A stretch of 64,000 bases of DNA from Octopus vulgaris (taxonomy: Eukaryota). The position numbers and the translations under genes are program-made. A model generated the notes under the pieces. The model made no database searches. It was given only the letters and a program-made list of their open reading frames with translations, and was not told the origin of the DNA. Shown here piece by piece: positions 27,430-40,366 of this stretch (within the stretch, counting starts at the first letter, position 1; the number at the start of each line of letters is the position of its first letter). The DNA is taken from positions 66,650,001-66,714,000 of the forward strand of contig OX597816.1 in assembly GCA_951406725.2 (NCBI GenBank), read 5' to 3'.

Positions 27430-27481
<52 letters not shown>

Positions 27482-27613
27482 ATAATTATTAAACAGGACA
27501 TCAAACATTAAGCCAATACAAATATCTCAAGCTGTATACATTATTATATGTTACAGCACTTAACCTAGCGTACCTAATCGTTTAGATCACCTGTGAACTA
27601 ACCCCACCCTATA

Positions 27614-27644
<31 letters not shown>

Positions 27645-27965
27645 GGTACAGGAGTGGCTGTTTGGTAAGTAGCTTGCTTACCAACCACATAGTTCCGGTT
27701 TCAGTCCCACTGCGTGGCACCTTGGGCAAGTGTCTTCTACTATAGCCTCGGGCCGACCAAAGCCTTGTGAGTGGATTTGGTAGATGGAAGCTGAAAGAAG
27801 TCCGTCATATATATATATGTTCGTGTGTGTAAGTGTTTGTGTGTCTATGTTTGCCCCCCCCCCCAACATCGCTTGACAACTGATGCTGGTGTGTTTAGGT
27901 CCTCGTAACTTAGCGGTTCGGCAAATGAGACCGATAAAATAAATACGAGGCTTACAAAGAACAAG
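27090..27965 (+). mobile_element. Two SINE family A copies (27090-27430 older variant; 27645-27965 3'-truncated)
   Basis: Family A heads and bodies separated by (TA)n. Confidence 0.85.
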
Positions 27966-28199
27966 TGCTTCTTCTTCATCATTCGAGCCTGCTCTAAGCT
28001 ACTAAGAATGTGTGTGGCAACTTGAAGATCCACCCACCACACGCGATAGAATTCACGGGCGCGAAAGCTATGTTGTTATCCTCATTCCATAAACGGTGGC
28101 TTTTTAACGGGTGGAGAGCTGAACCATCCTGGGGTACAGAGGATTCGTAATCTAGACTAGGGTCTGAAAGTTTACTACACCATAGTGTTCCTCTGCTTT

Positions 28200-28398
28200 G
28201 TGGCTGAAGTAGGAAGAAAGAGTGAGAGAAAGTTGTGGTGAAAGAGTACAGCAGGGTCCACCCACCCCCTTCGCTGGAGCCTCGTGGTGCTTATGTGTTT
28301 TTGCTCAATAAACACTCACAATGCTCGGTCTGGGAATCGAAACCACGTTCTTACGACCGCGAGTCCGCTGCTCTAACCACTGGGCCATTGCGCCTCCA
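28200..28398 (-). mobile_element. tRNA(Arg)-head SINE, 3'-truncated
   Basis: Reverse complement of the head and body of 20487 and 13656. Confidence 0.8.
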
Positions 28399-30659
28399 CC
28401 GATGTTGCTGCTGCACACAATCATCATTGACTGTACTAAAGAAAGGTCACAATGTTTGTATATAGACGTGCAGTTTCCTGTCTCATTTTTCTGCTGATAC
28501 CATAGTAGCCACTATTCAGCTTCATCTCATCATTCCTACTGTGTCTGCATTTAACCACTACACCCACTACTCGTTGGGTTATACACAATTCGTTTCACTC
28601 AAGCACAGACCCTCAGAAATTCAGGGTTAGTGTCCGGCGTGCTAAAAGACTACTGAAAGCGAGGACACCTTTTAGCTTTGGTTAAAGCATGTTTCTAGAA
28701 CCCGCTTCAAACCCCAGGCTACGTCAGCTCCGACAATCGTCAGTAACTTGGTCAGCGAATCCTCAGCAACGGTCGACAATTGACGGCAAGATGAGCTGCT
28801 ACGGATCGCACTATCCCAAAGCGTGTATGCATGTGACCGGGTACCACATGTGAAATTGTATTTCTACTGAAACTCTTAACATGGAGTGTTGGTTGGAGCC
28901 GGATCATCCCATCCCGAGGGAATGCCGCCGCAAGTAGAAGTACTAAGCATTTATACATTTTCCAACCGTGCCCATCAACATAACAGGAGATGGCATTGAT
29001 GTAAGCAGTATATTTCTAATCATGCCTATGTGAACCCTATGAGATTACAAACAGGAGAAAAAACACACAAGTTGTTTAAAGACAGTCAATCTTGACTGTT
29101 GACATCTCTTCATCTTCGTCGCCGATGACTTCTCTCATGAGTAATGAGGTTAATCTTGAGGTTACAAAGACAATTAAGGAGAAATCTAAGCCAAGAATCG
29201 TTTTTTTCTTCTTTGTTTTTCCGGGGAGTGGGAGTGGGTGGGTGTTAAAGTCACGCCTGTTTCAACTGCTCACATTCTACCCTCAAGCAACACGCAGGTT
29301 ACTTCATAGATATAAGAGGTATACCTTGAAGTCATTATTCCGTGTCTGAACAGGTTTCGAGCTGCACCGCCTAGCCTAATACCATATTTTCCGACATGAA
29401 AGTCGAATTTTTCTGACCAAAATTTACAGCCAAAAAAAAAAAAAAAATCGATTTATAAATCCATACGACTTTGGAGGACTAATAATTCCATGTGAAGATA
29501 GTTGAATGTTTACACTATATACAACGTCGACTTGTATGCCGGAAAATAAAGTACACACTGAGAAATTCGATACATCTATCGAATACAGTTACGACTGTCA
29601 ATGTACTCAGGACGTAAAGAGCCAGAACTAATATCACAAAGCGTTTTCACCAGCGATCGAACATTTTCGTCAGCTGACTACCCCGACCCGGTACTTTGTT
29701 TTATCAACTCCGATGGGTCAAAGTGTGAAATTGACCTTTGAGCTCAAAACGCAATCAACCACACACACACACACACACACATTAGCTGGCAGTTTGAGTG
29801 GTTTTAGCAATGTCCGCTCTGTTTGCAAGTATTCCGACCGGGCCTCCAATATAAAGGATACCTTCTTCCCTCCATCCCTCCACTTTCAGAGGTCCTGTAA
29901 TGAGCCACTGTACTCGTACAGCCTATCTTAATCCAACTGAGTAAAAGACAAAATAAATAAATAAAACAAAATAAAACCGCATTGCGTTTTGTCCGACGCT
30001 TTAAAGATTCAACCAATTTACCTCCTGTTCACACACATACACTAATCATTATCGTTACTGCCGCCGCCGCCACCGCCACCACCACCACCACCATCATCAT
30101 CATCACCACCACCATCACCATCACCATTAACAACACAAAACATTGAACAATGAGTTACATCGTGATAATATATCTAATTATCACTCCAGAAAATGTCGGT
30201 TCGATTCCTATCGGAATTGCATTGTTTGTGTTCTCTGTATTCTAATTTGTTTACATACATTCCTTCTTATTTTTACATAGAAATGATAATAAGTATCCAG
30301 CCTGAAATATGCTAATTATTTCCCTACCTTCCCCCCTTTCTGGATAATCATTAAAAAAAAGAAAGAAAATGACAGACAGAAATATCATTAAAATATAAAG
30401 GGTGGGGTAATCACAACTAGGCTGTTTCGTTGATGATGTTGGCTTGTTTGTTGTTGTTGTTACATTGAATAGCGGGAATTCTTATCATTTTTGGTTAATG
30501 TCTACAAAAGAGGCACAATGCTGCAATTGTCACAAACAGTGTGAGAACAGATTAAAACTTACTGCAATACAGTATCAGATACTTGGCATTGTTGCGACTT
30601 ACGTGCATACATACATATGCACATACGTAACATACATACAGTGTATATATTTATGCGTT

Positions 30660-30713
<54 letters not shown>

Positions 30714-31705
30714 TGCGCGCGAGTTTTCAGTTTTTCCCGTATCTATCAAAATCTCTGGTTTTCACTTATAATAATGGTTTCTAACTTTGGAACAAAAACC
30801 ACACAAATTAGAAGGAAGACGATATCATGGACCAATCAAATTCCAGTATATTACTGGTACATATTTTATGAAGTCCTTGAAGGACAAGAAGAGACAAGAA
30901 ACAGGCAAAGTCGACTTCGGCGCAACCTGAACTCACATCGTAAAGAGACATCACATAATTTCCAATGGTTTTCCTCTCTGCATCCACGATGGAGTACAAC
31001 ACCGAGCTGGATCAATTTGCCTTTCGAAGATCATGAAGACTTGCATACCCATACCAACTTCTCCCGGCCACATGTCATTTCTGGTCACCTTGGCGCTTAC
31101 AAACAAATGGTACTATGTTGTGAATGTTATGATCCGAAGATCAATACCTGAAAGAAGGGGAAACGACTTTGGTCGTACCCTTGTATCACAAATTGCATCA
31201 TCGGTCTTTAAGAGGTTTGTGGCAAATCAACCTGGTCTGTCGTTTTACTTCGTCTTTAGTTTCGAAGACCAACCACGCATACACTACCGAATACTTTTCC
31301 TCAGTCGATGGAGGCCAGATCGCCGGCACATATCAGCTGAAACTTCATTTAATTACTCCTTTGAGAGTTCACTGAAGGCCCTGTCACTTTTTGAGAGGCG
31401 AGGGTATATCACTTTATCTTTCTTTTTACTTTTTCGCAAAAGAAAACCAAAGGCAATGAGGAACACATACCGAACCCACATTGTTTGATTTTCAGAAAAC
31501 TCTCCCATGGCCAAAGCTTCTTTTCGTCTTACGACATTGACAAAACTTTTGTCTTCATCGTTAAATTCCTTTTGGCTATCCCAACCGTTTATATTTAAAT
31601 TACAAATGTATTCGATTGTGCTTTTCTATAAATTTTCTGAAGTATCATTATATGTGTTTGTCTATGTAATTGTCACACACACATACATATAAATAAATAA
31701 ATAAA

Positions 31706-32197
31706 AGCACGCCAGGCGAAATGCGTAGCCGTATTTCGTCTGCCGTTACGTTCTGAGTTCAAATTCCGCCGGGGTCGACTTTGCCTTTCATCCTTTCTGG
31801 GTCGATTAAATAAGTACCAGTTACGCACTGGGGTCGATATAATCGACTTAATCCCTTTGTCTGTCCTTATTTGTCCCCTCTGTGTTTAGCCCCTTGTGGG
31901 TAGTAAAGAAATATATATATAGATATATGTGTGTCCATGTCCGCTTTCGTTTTTCTTTTTTATTGTGTTTTACATGTTTCTTTATTACCCACAAAGCATA
32001 GAGGGGACAAAGAACAGACAAACGGATTAAGTCGATTATATCGACCCCAGTGCGTAACTGGTACTTAATTTATCGACCCCGAAAGGATGAAAGGCAAAGT
32101 AGACCTCGGCAGAATTTGAACTCACAACGTAACGGCAGACGAAATACGGCTACGCATTTCGCCCGGCGTGCTAACGTTTCTGCCAGCTCGCCGCCTT
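31706..32197. repeat. Tail-to-tail inverted pair of SINE B copies
   Basis: 31706-31913 (+) and 31977-32197 (-), about 65 bp apart. The minus copy has TSD ttattgtgtttta. Confidence 0.9.
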
Positions 32198-32430
32198 ATT
32201 GTGTTTTATATAGTTTTATGTCTTGAAGTAACTTCTTAGGATTTCTCCAGCAAAAGAAGTCATGCTTAAAATAACTGAATGTTTATTACTCTTGCATGCA
32301 AAATATCAAACGACTAACCATTCCCATTCTAAGGTTACTTCATAGATATAAGAGGTATACCTTGAAGTCATTGGAGACTGAAATGCTACAGACTTCTATC
32401 AGCAAAATTATACCCTCTCCCCATTCTGTA

Positions 32431-32634
32431 CAGGGTATTCAAAAAGTCTCTCCGCAGTAAGTATTTTATTGTAAAATAAATATATTAAATTTTACAAGAC
32501 GTTAAAAAACTTTATAAGAAGTGTTGGAAGTGTCGTCCTTCATTTTCAATACGCAAGTTGACTCTTCTCCACATATTTTGAAATACATCTTGGATGAAAA
32601 AAATTCACTGAGGAGAGACTATTTGAACAACCTG
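32431..32634. mobile_element. Tc1/mariner-type MITE
   Basis: TA-cagggtattcaaaaagtctctccgcagt ... actgaggagagactatttgaacaacctg-TA. Confidence 0.85.
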
Positions 32635-32689
32635 TACAAGCATGATAAATTCAAACCTTTCACGAAGCCAGTTCGAAGACGTCTGTGCA

Positions 32690-33230
32690 CGTAAAAAGCC
32701 TAAAAGTTTGTGGAAGGGGACTAGTCAATTATAGTGACCCCAGTACTTGACTGATACTTATTTCATCGATTCCAGTACTTATTTTACCGACCCCAAAAGG
32801 ATGAAAAGCAAAGTCGACCTCGGTAGTATTCGAACTCAGAGCGTCTTTATATCCTGAGTCCGAAAGGCCGCTAAGCATTTTATCCAGCGTGCTAACGATT
32901 ATGCTAGCTCGCCGCCTTAATAATAATAATAATCCTTTCTACTGTAGGTACAAGGCCTAAAGTTTTGGGGAAGGGGTAAGTCGATCACATCGACCTCAGT
33001 ACTTGAATGGTACTTAATTTATCGACCCCGAAAGGATGAAAGGCAAAGTCGGTCTCGGCGGGATTTGAACTCAGATCAGGAATGGAGGTTTCATATTTAT
33101 TACATCGACCGCCAGACCTCAAACGGTGTTTGTTTCTTCGAAAGGATAAAAGGTAAAGTCAATCTCGGCTCTATTTGATCCCAGCCGGAATTCTGACGAG
33201 CAGTAAAGATTCTAACAGTTAATTATTCTT
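32690..33230 (-). mobile_element. Tandem cluster of SINE B-related copies
   Basis: Repeated gaccccgaaaggatgaaaggcaaagtcga motifs separated by (taa)n. Confidence 0.8.
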
Positions 33231-34011
33231 AATAACAATTGCTAACTTTCGGAACAAGGCAGACATTTTTGGTAAAGGACAAGTAAAATACCACTGTAAG
33301 TAGTCACCGTAATAACGCTGTGAACAAAACCAGTCTTCGTGACTACATTATTAAATTTGATCTCTGGGTTTATTTTCCCAAATTACTCCTTCATTATCAA
33401 AACCGGACACAATATTAAAGCAAAATGATTGGAGAACTCTAGATAGAAACCGAAAGCTGGAATAGTTTTCTCTTGGTCCAACAGGAGTCGATTCCAGTCT
33501 GTTAAGTAAGGAAACATTTATCAATTTTACAGTGCTGCCTGCCTCCTTGTTTCTCCTTCTCAATCGCACGAACAGGATCATTTGGAAGTTATGTGGCTTG
33601 ACGACGCACAAAATGAAAATACTTAGCATTTATAGGGAAAAGAAGAGCCGACCTATCACTTGGTTGTTTTTATAGTCCATTCAGCGGTGTTCTAACGAGA
33701 AAATAAAACGATGCTACACTTCATATTACAAATCAAAAAGTACCAAAACCCCTCTTCTTGCAGTCCACCTGTTCTGAAATTCAATGATTCATATCCGAAA
33801 TAGATCAAACACATATTTGCGGGAACGAAATTTACTTAAGCGGGGAAAACCCAGGTCCAACCCAGGATGTTCAAAACGTTTTTCATTGCGCTCCCAAAAT
33901 TTTACGGGGTGCGCTTCCACCCTGCTCCCGAGCCAATGATCAGACATATCCAAATATAACAAGATACTAAAATAAACTTTTACTTTGTTTGGTTGTTTCA
34001 TTTTGGTGTGC

Positions 34012-34044
<33 letters not shown>

Positions 34045-34049
<5 letters not shown>

Positions 34050-34893
34050 CATATGTGAAAACTTCTGTCTGTGGGTCTGTTTGTGGAGTTGTTAGCTAAC
34101 TCCTCCGACATCGTTTTATCAATTCTGATGAAACTTGACACGAGTAGAACTCATGTCTGGAAACCTCGTGGCATACTCAGATTGTTGAAAAAGAAAAAAA
34201 AAAAGAATGATATTAGGAGCCCTGGAAGGGATCTTTATATATATCTAATATATTTCATTTTAAAAACCAAGGGAAATAATACATTCATTTTCCTAAATTA
34301 TTTGGTATAAATCAAATTGAGTTTGCTTATTTCTTAGTATTTGAACAGTTAGTTATTTTCGCAATTCATCCAGTACAACCCTTAAACAAGTAAATAGTAT
34401 TTTACTAAACAATAGATCCACTTATTTTGCTTAGTGACTTATTCACGAATATACCAACACTAGCACCCCTGAGGGTAATATTCTCTGGGAACGCACAAAA
34501 GCCCTTTCCAGAGTTATTTACTTTGAATTGTTATTATCTCATATCTTATTAGCCTGATATTACGTAACACGCTTCACGATTTTAGTATACATACCATATT
34601 AGTATTTCTTCTTATGTTCTATATACTCCGGGAACGCATTAAGGTCCTTTTCGGGGCTACTTTACTTGAATTCTGACTATCGGATAAATAATTTTATGTT
34701 ATTACATAACTGACTTCACAACTTGAGTATTCCTAACTTATTGTAAGACAGTTCGGTAATCTCTGTAAATGCACAAAAACCGTTTCAAGGGCTAAATACT
34801 CTGTATTGTTGTTATTGGATTAGCGAAACAATTATGAGAACGGAACCAAGGGACAAGCCCTGCTTTCCCGGGAATTACCAGGTACGTCAGCTA

Positions 34894-34894
<1 letters not shown>
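34045..34894 (+). mobile_element. Non-autonomous Helitron-like element with internal ~140 bp tandem repeats
   Basis: 5' tgtctgt..aactcctccga..tgaaacttgaca motifs. 3' cccgggaattaccagg hairpin followed by CTAG|T at 34891-34894. Three gggaacgca..ccttt units near 34480, 34625 and 34760. Confidence 0.65.
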
Positions 34895-34991
<97 letters not shown>

Positions 34992-35753
34992 TAGATATAT
35001 ATAAATATACATATACATATATATGAATATACATACATACATATAAATATACATACATATATATACATTAAATCACCCACATGTTCAGCAACTGAGTCAC
35101 AAGTAATTATCATCGCTAGCCTCATTATATTATGCCAGTTGTAAAACAGAAGCGAGGAAGGTGTCGTTATTGGCGACGTGAGTTTTACACACACAGCTGA
35201 CATTCCATCGTGAACGGGGAGAGAACATATCAGAATGGCTGGACACCGATGATAAAGAGCTGATCAACAAAGATGAGCCGTGACATCAACATTTTCATCT
35301 GTGGCAAGCTACCTTAATTAGACATTTGAAGGCTATCAATTGTTGCTTAACATGGTTACGCTTCCAAGTCTTGTTAACCCACAAATAAAATATATTATAT
35401 AATATTATATTATATTATATTATATTATATATAAACACACACATGTGTGCGCGCACGCGTGCAACTATGCATGCGACTGCCTCAATTTAACCATTCAACA
35501 CACACACAGCACAAAACTCAAATGTGTGAACGCCCACGAACGTAATACTGTGAATGCTTAAACAGATGATTTCGAAGTTTCGTCGGTCGTTCACTCGTCA
35601 CAAAGTCTATTGATGCCAATGACCGGCGCAAAAAACCAAAACAAAAAACCCTTCGAAGTCACTATCAAGCAATCCACCTTTCTTTCTGAAAATAAACGAA
35701 ACTTCAATTAACGTGCTACAATATTCTATTTATAACTTTATAAAAACAAACAC

Positions 35754-35820
<67 letters not shown>

Positions 35821-35857
35821 GAAAGAAGGTTTGAAAATGCAATTTTAAAGATGGTTA

Positions 35858-35906
35858 TTCACTTGACCGGTTTCACTTTTTTTTAAAAAAGATTGTCAAA
35901 AGTAAA
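35858..35906 (-). ncRNA. Minimal type I hammerhead ribozyme motif, U3-A8 variant (Penelope-like)
   Basis: Minus strand: tttactt-TTGACAA-t ctttttt..aaaaaag t-GAAA-CCGG-TC-aagtgaa. 7 bp stem I, palindromic stem III, GUC cleavage triplet. Lies in an element bounded by (TA)n. Confidence 0.65.
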
Positions 35907-36169
35907 ATGTAAAGCTTTGTTGTGTTAAGTACTGGTTGTCACAAAAGTATTAAAATACATATATACATTCTTTGATAATAATAAGAAAATGTTAAAAACA
36001 GTTCACAAGAAGGTATTTAAGAAAATATTCAACAAAAAGTATAAAGAGTTCAATACAAACCATGTTGCTTTGGTAGTATATAAATACACAGAGGAAGATA
36101 TGTTTAAGAATTTACAAAAAATTGGAGAGAAACCAACCTATCTTATGGGCATTTTGTTTGTTTTTCTGT

Positions 36170-36212
<43 letters not shown>

Positions 36213-36439
36213 GAGACCAAAAGTGTACGTACGCCGCTATTTGTCTATATAAAAAATAAACAAAACAAAAAAAATGGAACAAGAACATAACAGGCAACAG
36301 CAAAACACCCGGACAGTTAGACGATACAAGGAAGTACAGGTAAAAACAAGGACGGATCATTCGGAGCTTCCTATCGTCAGTTGAGTTCCAGATCATCCCA
36401 ACAGTTTCGGCCTATATCTATCTATCTATATATATATGT

Positions 36440-36765
36440 AGGTAAAGAACCCCTTTGGTGATGAATGGCCATGAGATTGCACCTAGAAAGTTACCCTCTG
36501 AGGCACAAGTCTGGGAAAAGGTTGTTTATGGAAGAACAGCAGTTATTCATGCATACCAGCCTCTCCTCTCTACACCAAGGGAAAGGCAGAATCCAATACA
36601 GCTTGAAACCAGTGACATCTCAACTCATTTCTAAAGCTGACAGAACTGGAGTAACGAAATAAAGTGTCTTGCACAAGAACACCACACACAGGCTGGTCCA
36701 GAAATCGAACTCACTACCTCATGATTGTAAGCCCGACACTCTAACCACCGAGTCATGCGCCTAAA
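36440..36765 (-). mobile_element. tRNA-head CORE-like SINE sharing its tail with 13656-14125
   Basis: Head ggcgcatgactcggtggttagagtg..gttcgatt, CORE-like gttcttgtgcaagacacttt, tail gggtaactttctaggtgcaatc. Confidence 0.75.
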
Positions 36766-36769
36766 GGTA

Positions 36770-36875
<106 letters not shown>

Positions 36876-36900
36876 AAATCAAATATATATATATATATAT

Positions 36901-37465
36901 TCTACATGTATAAAACTGCTATAAAAAATCCCAAGTATATAAATATAAAAATACATATAAATAAATATCGATATGATACATAAAACACAGTGAATTTTAG
37001 ATTTAAAAGTTACAATACATTGGGGGTAATAAAAAATTGAGATGATAAAACATTAAAAGGACATACCACGAAAATATTACAAAAATTTAAAAATTACGGA
37101 CCGTTTCAGAGACGTGCCAAGTAATATATTTCATATTTTTAAAACTGACACTCCCCTCATCAGGATGTTTTTACACAATGCAAAAGAAAAAAAGAGAAAA
37201 AAACAAAACAAACAAATACAGTAATACAATTATACAACTGCATACCAGCCTCTCGAGAAATTAAGACAAAATATTTGTAATATTTTCGTGGTATTTTAGT
37301 ACGTCGCTTTTAATGTTTTATCATCTCAAATTTTTATTACCCCAATGTATTGTAACTTCTAAATCTAAAATTCACTGTTTTATGTATCATATCGATATTT
37401 ATCTATTTATATGTATTTTTATATTTATATATTTGGAATGTTTATATCAGTTTTATAAATGTAGA
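36901..37465. mobile_element. Penelope-like inverted terminal-repeat structure in (TA)n
   Basis: About 190 bp arms, 36901-37088 and 37269-37465, inverted. The spacer contains a hammerhead motif. Confidence 0.75.
37093..37172 (-). ncRNA. Hammerhead ribozyme motif, canonical C3-G8 core, degenerate stem I
   Basis: Minus strand: CTGATGA-ggggagtgtcag..ttggcacgtctct-GAAA-cggtccg-TA. Stem II pairs with G-U wobbles and stem III is ACGG/CCGT. Confidence 0.55.
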
Positions 37466-37466
37466 A

Positions 37467-37529
<63 letters not shown>

Positions 37530-37804
37530 ATTTTGTGTGTGGTTATTAATTATGTTCCTCTAGCTTCCACTTGCATTGCCTCCATTCAGATTATTAAACG
37601 GTATACGTATGTATATATATACACACACACATATATATGTATAGATATACATAAACACATACACACATATATATATATACAGACATATATATATATATAT
37701 ACATGTATATACAGGTACATATATATACATATATATAACTGTACATTAACTGTATATAATATATATCATATATATACACATACATATATATGCCCACATA
37801 TACA

Positions 37805-37848
<44 letters not shown>

Positions 37849-38109
37849 CATACATACATCTATCTATCTATATATATATATATATATATACATATATATA
37901 CATACATACATATATATACACACACATAAATATATATACATACACATATATATGACACATGTATATAAATACATATTGAAAGTAATAGAAATGAAAGTAA
38001 TATAGATAGATACATGATGAAAATAATCGAAATTGAAACCATGTAATATTGAAACTATTAATTGAGAAGATATTGTTTCACTTTTGACACATAATATGGA
38101 AACAGTGTA

Positions 38110-38284
38110 AGAGATAAGAGATCGCTCCAAGCTCGCATTAGGTAAGATGTCGAAAATTTTTGTGGCCGACGACATTGCATGTACCCCAGGTAAGGCAGGT
38201 GTAAAATTTGAATGAAGTTCATTGGGCAGTCTTTGAGTTTTAGTGATGCACACAAACAGACAGACACAAATGCTCAGTTTTATA

Positions 38285-38285
<1 letters not shown>
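38110..38285 (-). mobile_element. Short Helitron/DINE-like element
   Basis: Minus strand begins atataaaactgagcatttgtgtctgtctgtttgtg, a typical non-autonomous Helitron 5' signature. Confidence 0.45.
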
Positions 38286-38352
<67 letters not shown>

Positions 38353-38399
38353 TCACATATATATGGCACAATTGATTTGCGTCGAGAAAGACCTATATG

Positions 38400-38880
38400 A
38401 GATGCAGTCTTCTAAGCGATATAGCTGCAAGAGAAATATTGGCTAAGAGTAAACCATTATTGCTGGCCTTCATTGACCAAGAGAAGACATTTGACAGGAT
38501 ACAGTGTTCAGTAATCTGGTCACCAAGGAAACTAGGAATTGACAATTTTTCCTGTGAGAGCTGCACAAGCCATGTACGAAGATGCAGTACGCAAAGTGAG
38601 TATCAAAATCGACTTCAGTCAAGAATTTGACACGAGTTGGAAGTCCGCCAGGGTTCAGTCTTCAGCTCCCTTCTATTCATCATAGTACGACAGAGGAGCT
38701 TAAGACTGGCAGCCCATGAGGACTCCTATAAGCTGAATCTATATAGGAATTAGAGAGGAGATTCCAGGCATGTAAGCGAAATCTAGAATTGAGAAATTTT
38801 ATGGTAAACTTAGCAAAGACGAAGGCTTTAGTAAGTAAGAAAGAAAACAGCTCCCTGGTACTTCCAAGGAAATAGCTTTA
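38400..38880 (+). pseudogene. Degraded RTE-clade reverse transcriptase fragment
   Basis: KPLLLAFIDQEKTFDRI, AMYEDAV and EVRQGSVFSSLLFIIV motifs across frameshifts. Confidence 0.8.
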
Positions 38881-39270
38881 CCCAGTATGGAGAAACAAGG
38901 CCGACAATCCATCCTCTAATGTATTTTTTAAACCTAAATATAGACTCAACAACTCTGTGTGTGTGCATATTTATCCCACTATCTAGATACAAACAATACA
39001 CTTGATCATTGCATCATTATGAAGTCACCTCTCACCAACATTTGAGTCAAGTATTTAAACTGTAAAATAGATGCAACATTAATTGTTGCTACAGGCAGAT
39101 TAAAACTTCCCTTTATCTTGCCCATAGAGCTGGTGGCTCAACATGATTTCAAAAGAGTTTAAGTGTATGTAAGAAATATTCTCCTGCAAAGGAAGCTAGT
39201 TTATTGCAAGTAACTTCACGGGAAAAGAAACATGTACCTATTTCTCCATTCAGTCATTAGACAGACTGTA

Positions 39271-39590
39271 TCTCTCTCTATATATAAACGGCAAAATGTC
39301 TGTGTGTGTGTGTGTCCTTTATACAAATCCACAATTTTTCAGTTAGAGGGCTCGCACTTTCTATGGTTATTCAAAACCGTCCAAGGGTGGTCGTGCACAT
39401 CTTTACATTTCCCCAGTCACCCCGCAAAGTCATTAAAAAAAATCAATAGAAGTGGCTGTTTTGTGAATTTTCTATCCAAAACCCAATCAAAATGCCCGAA
39501 ACTTGATACGCCAATTGAATGCCAGCTAGCTGTATGTGATTGGTCGGAGATTTGGACAGTACTCGCGTGTATGTGCGCACGCACGCAGCT
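39271..39590 (+). mobile_element. Helitron-like 5' portion
   Basis: a|tctctctctatatataaacggcaaaatgtctgtgtgtg start. No clear CTAG end. Confidence 0.5.
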
Positions 39591-39689
39591 GTATATGCAT
39601 GCACTAGCACTAGAAACGGACTTAGTAGACAGAAACTGAAAGAAACCTGTTGTGTGTGTGTGTGTGTGTGTGTATGTGTAATCTCATCT

Positions 39690-40366
39690 GCATACACCCT
39701 GTATGCCAGATTTAGTACCTGCAGACTTCCAACTCTTCCCCAAGATGAAAATGCAGCTCATAGGTTACTGTTTTAACCCCATTGTCGAGATCAAGAGCGA
39801 ATTGCAGAAGGTCCTCGTCTCGCATAGGGAAAATGGCATCCCGCCCAGATTCCAAAAGTGGCAGAAATGCTGGGGCCGGTGTAGTGCTGCGCAAGGTGGT
39901 TATTTCAAAGGAGATGATGTTAAAACTTACTCTTTTACTTGTTTCAGTCATTTGACTGCGGCCATGCTGGAGCACCGCCTTTAGTCGAGCAAATCGATCC
40001 CAGAATTTATTCTTTGTAAGCCTAGTACTTATTCTATCGGTCTCTTTTGCCGAACTGCTAAGTTACGGGGACGTAAACACAACAGCAATGGTTGTCAGGC
40101 GATGTTAGGGGGACAAACACAGACAGACACACACACATATATATATACACATATATACGACGGGCTTCTTTCAGTTTCCGTCTACCAAATCCACTCACAA
40201 GGCTTTGGTCAGTCCGAGGCTATAGTAGAAGGAACTTGCCCAAGGTGCCACGCAGTGGTTCGTAAGCAAAGCTTCTTACCACACAGCCACTCCTACGCCT
40301 ACTTAGGTAAGTTATTATTTTTTTTATTAAACATAACTAGTCGGAACTTTTTGAAATCACCTCGTA
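39690..40366 (+). pseudogene. Mariner transposase C-terminus plus right TIR, interrupted by a SINE A
   Basis: PYMPDLVPADFQLFPKMK...FQKWQKCWGRC...GGYFKGD matches the mariner YSPDLAP(S/C)D region. TIR ggaactttttgaaatcacctcg-TA. Confidence 0.9.
39930..40301 (-). mobile_element. SINE family A nested in the mariner
   Basis: actta is duplicated at both ends. Confidence 0.9.

Noticed and set aside
29296-29336. 41-mer as loxP/FRT or a Nextera adapter
   Set aside because: The resemblance is superficial (acttc..gaagt, tataagag) and does not match those sequences.
30930-31150. Minus-strand exon (ttctttcag acceptor to GTGAGT donor)
   Set aside because: All frames contain stops, and the donor lies in a degenerate SINE B remnant.
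36340-36412. Minus-strand ccGAAAc...CTGACGA..GAAT as a hammerhead
   Set aside because: GAAA is altered in the complete arrangement and stem I is not supported.
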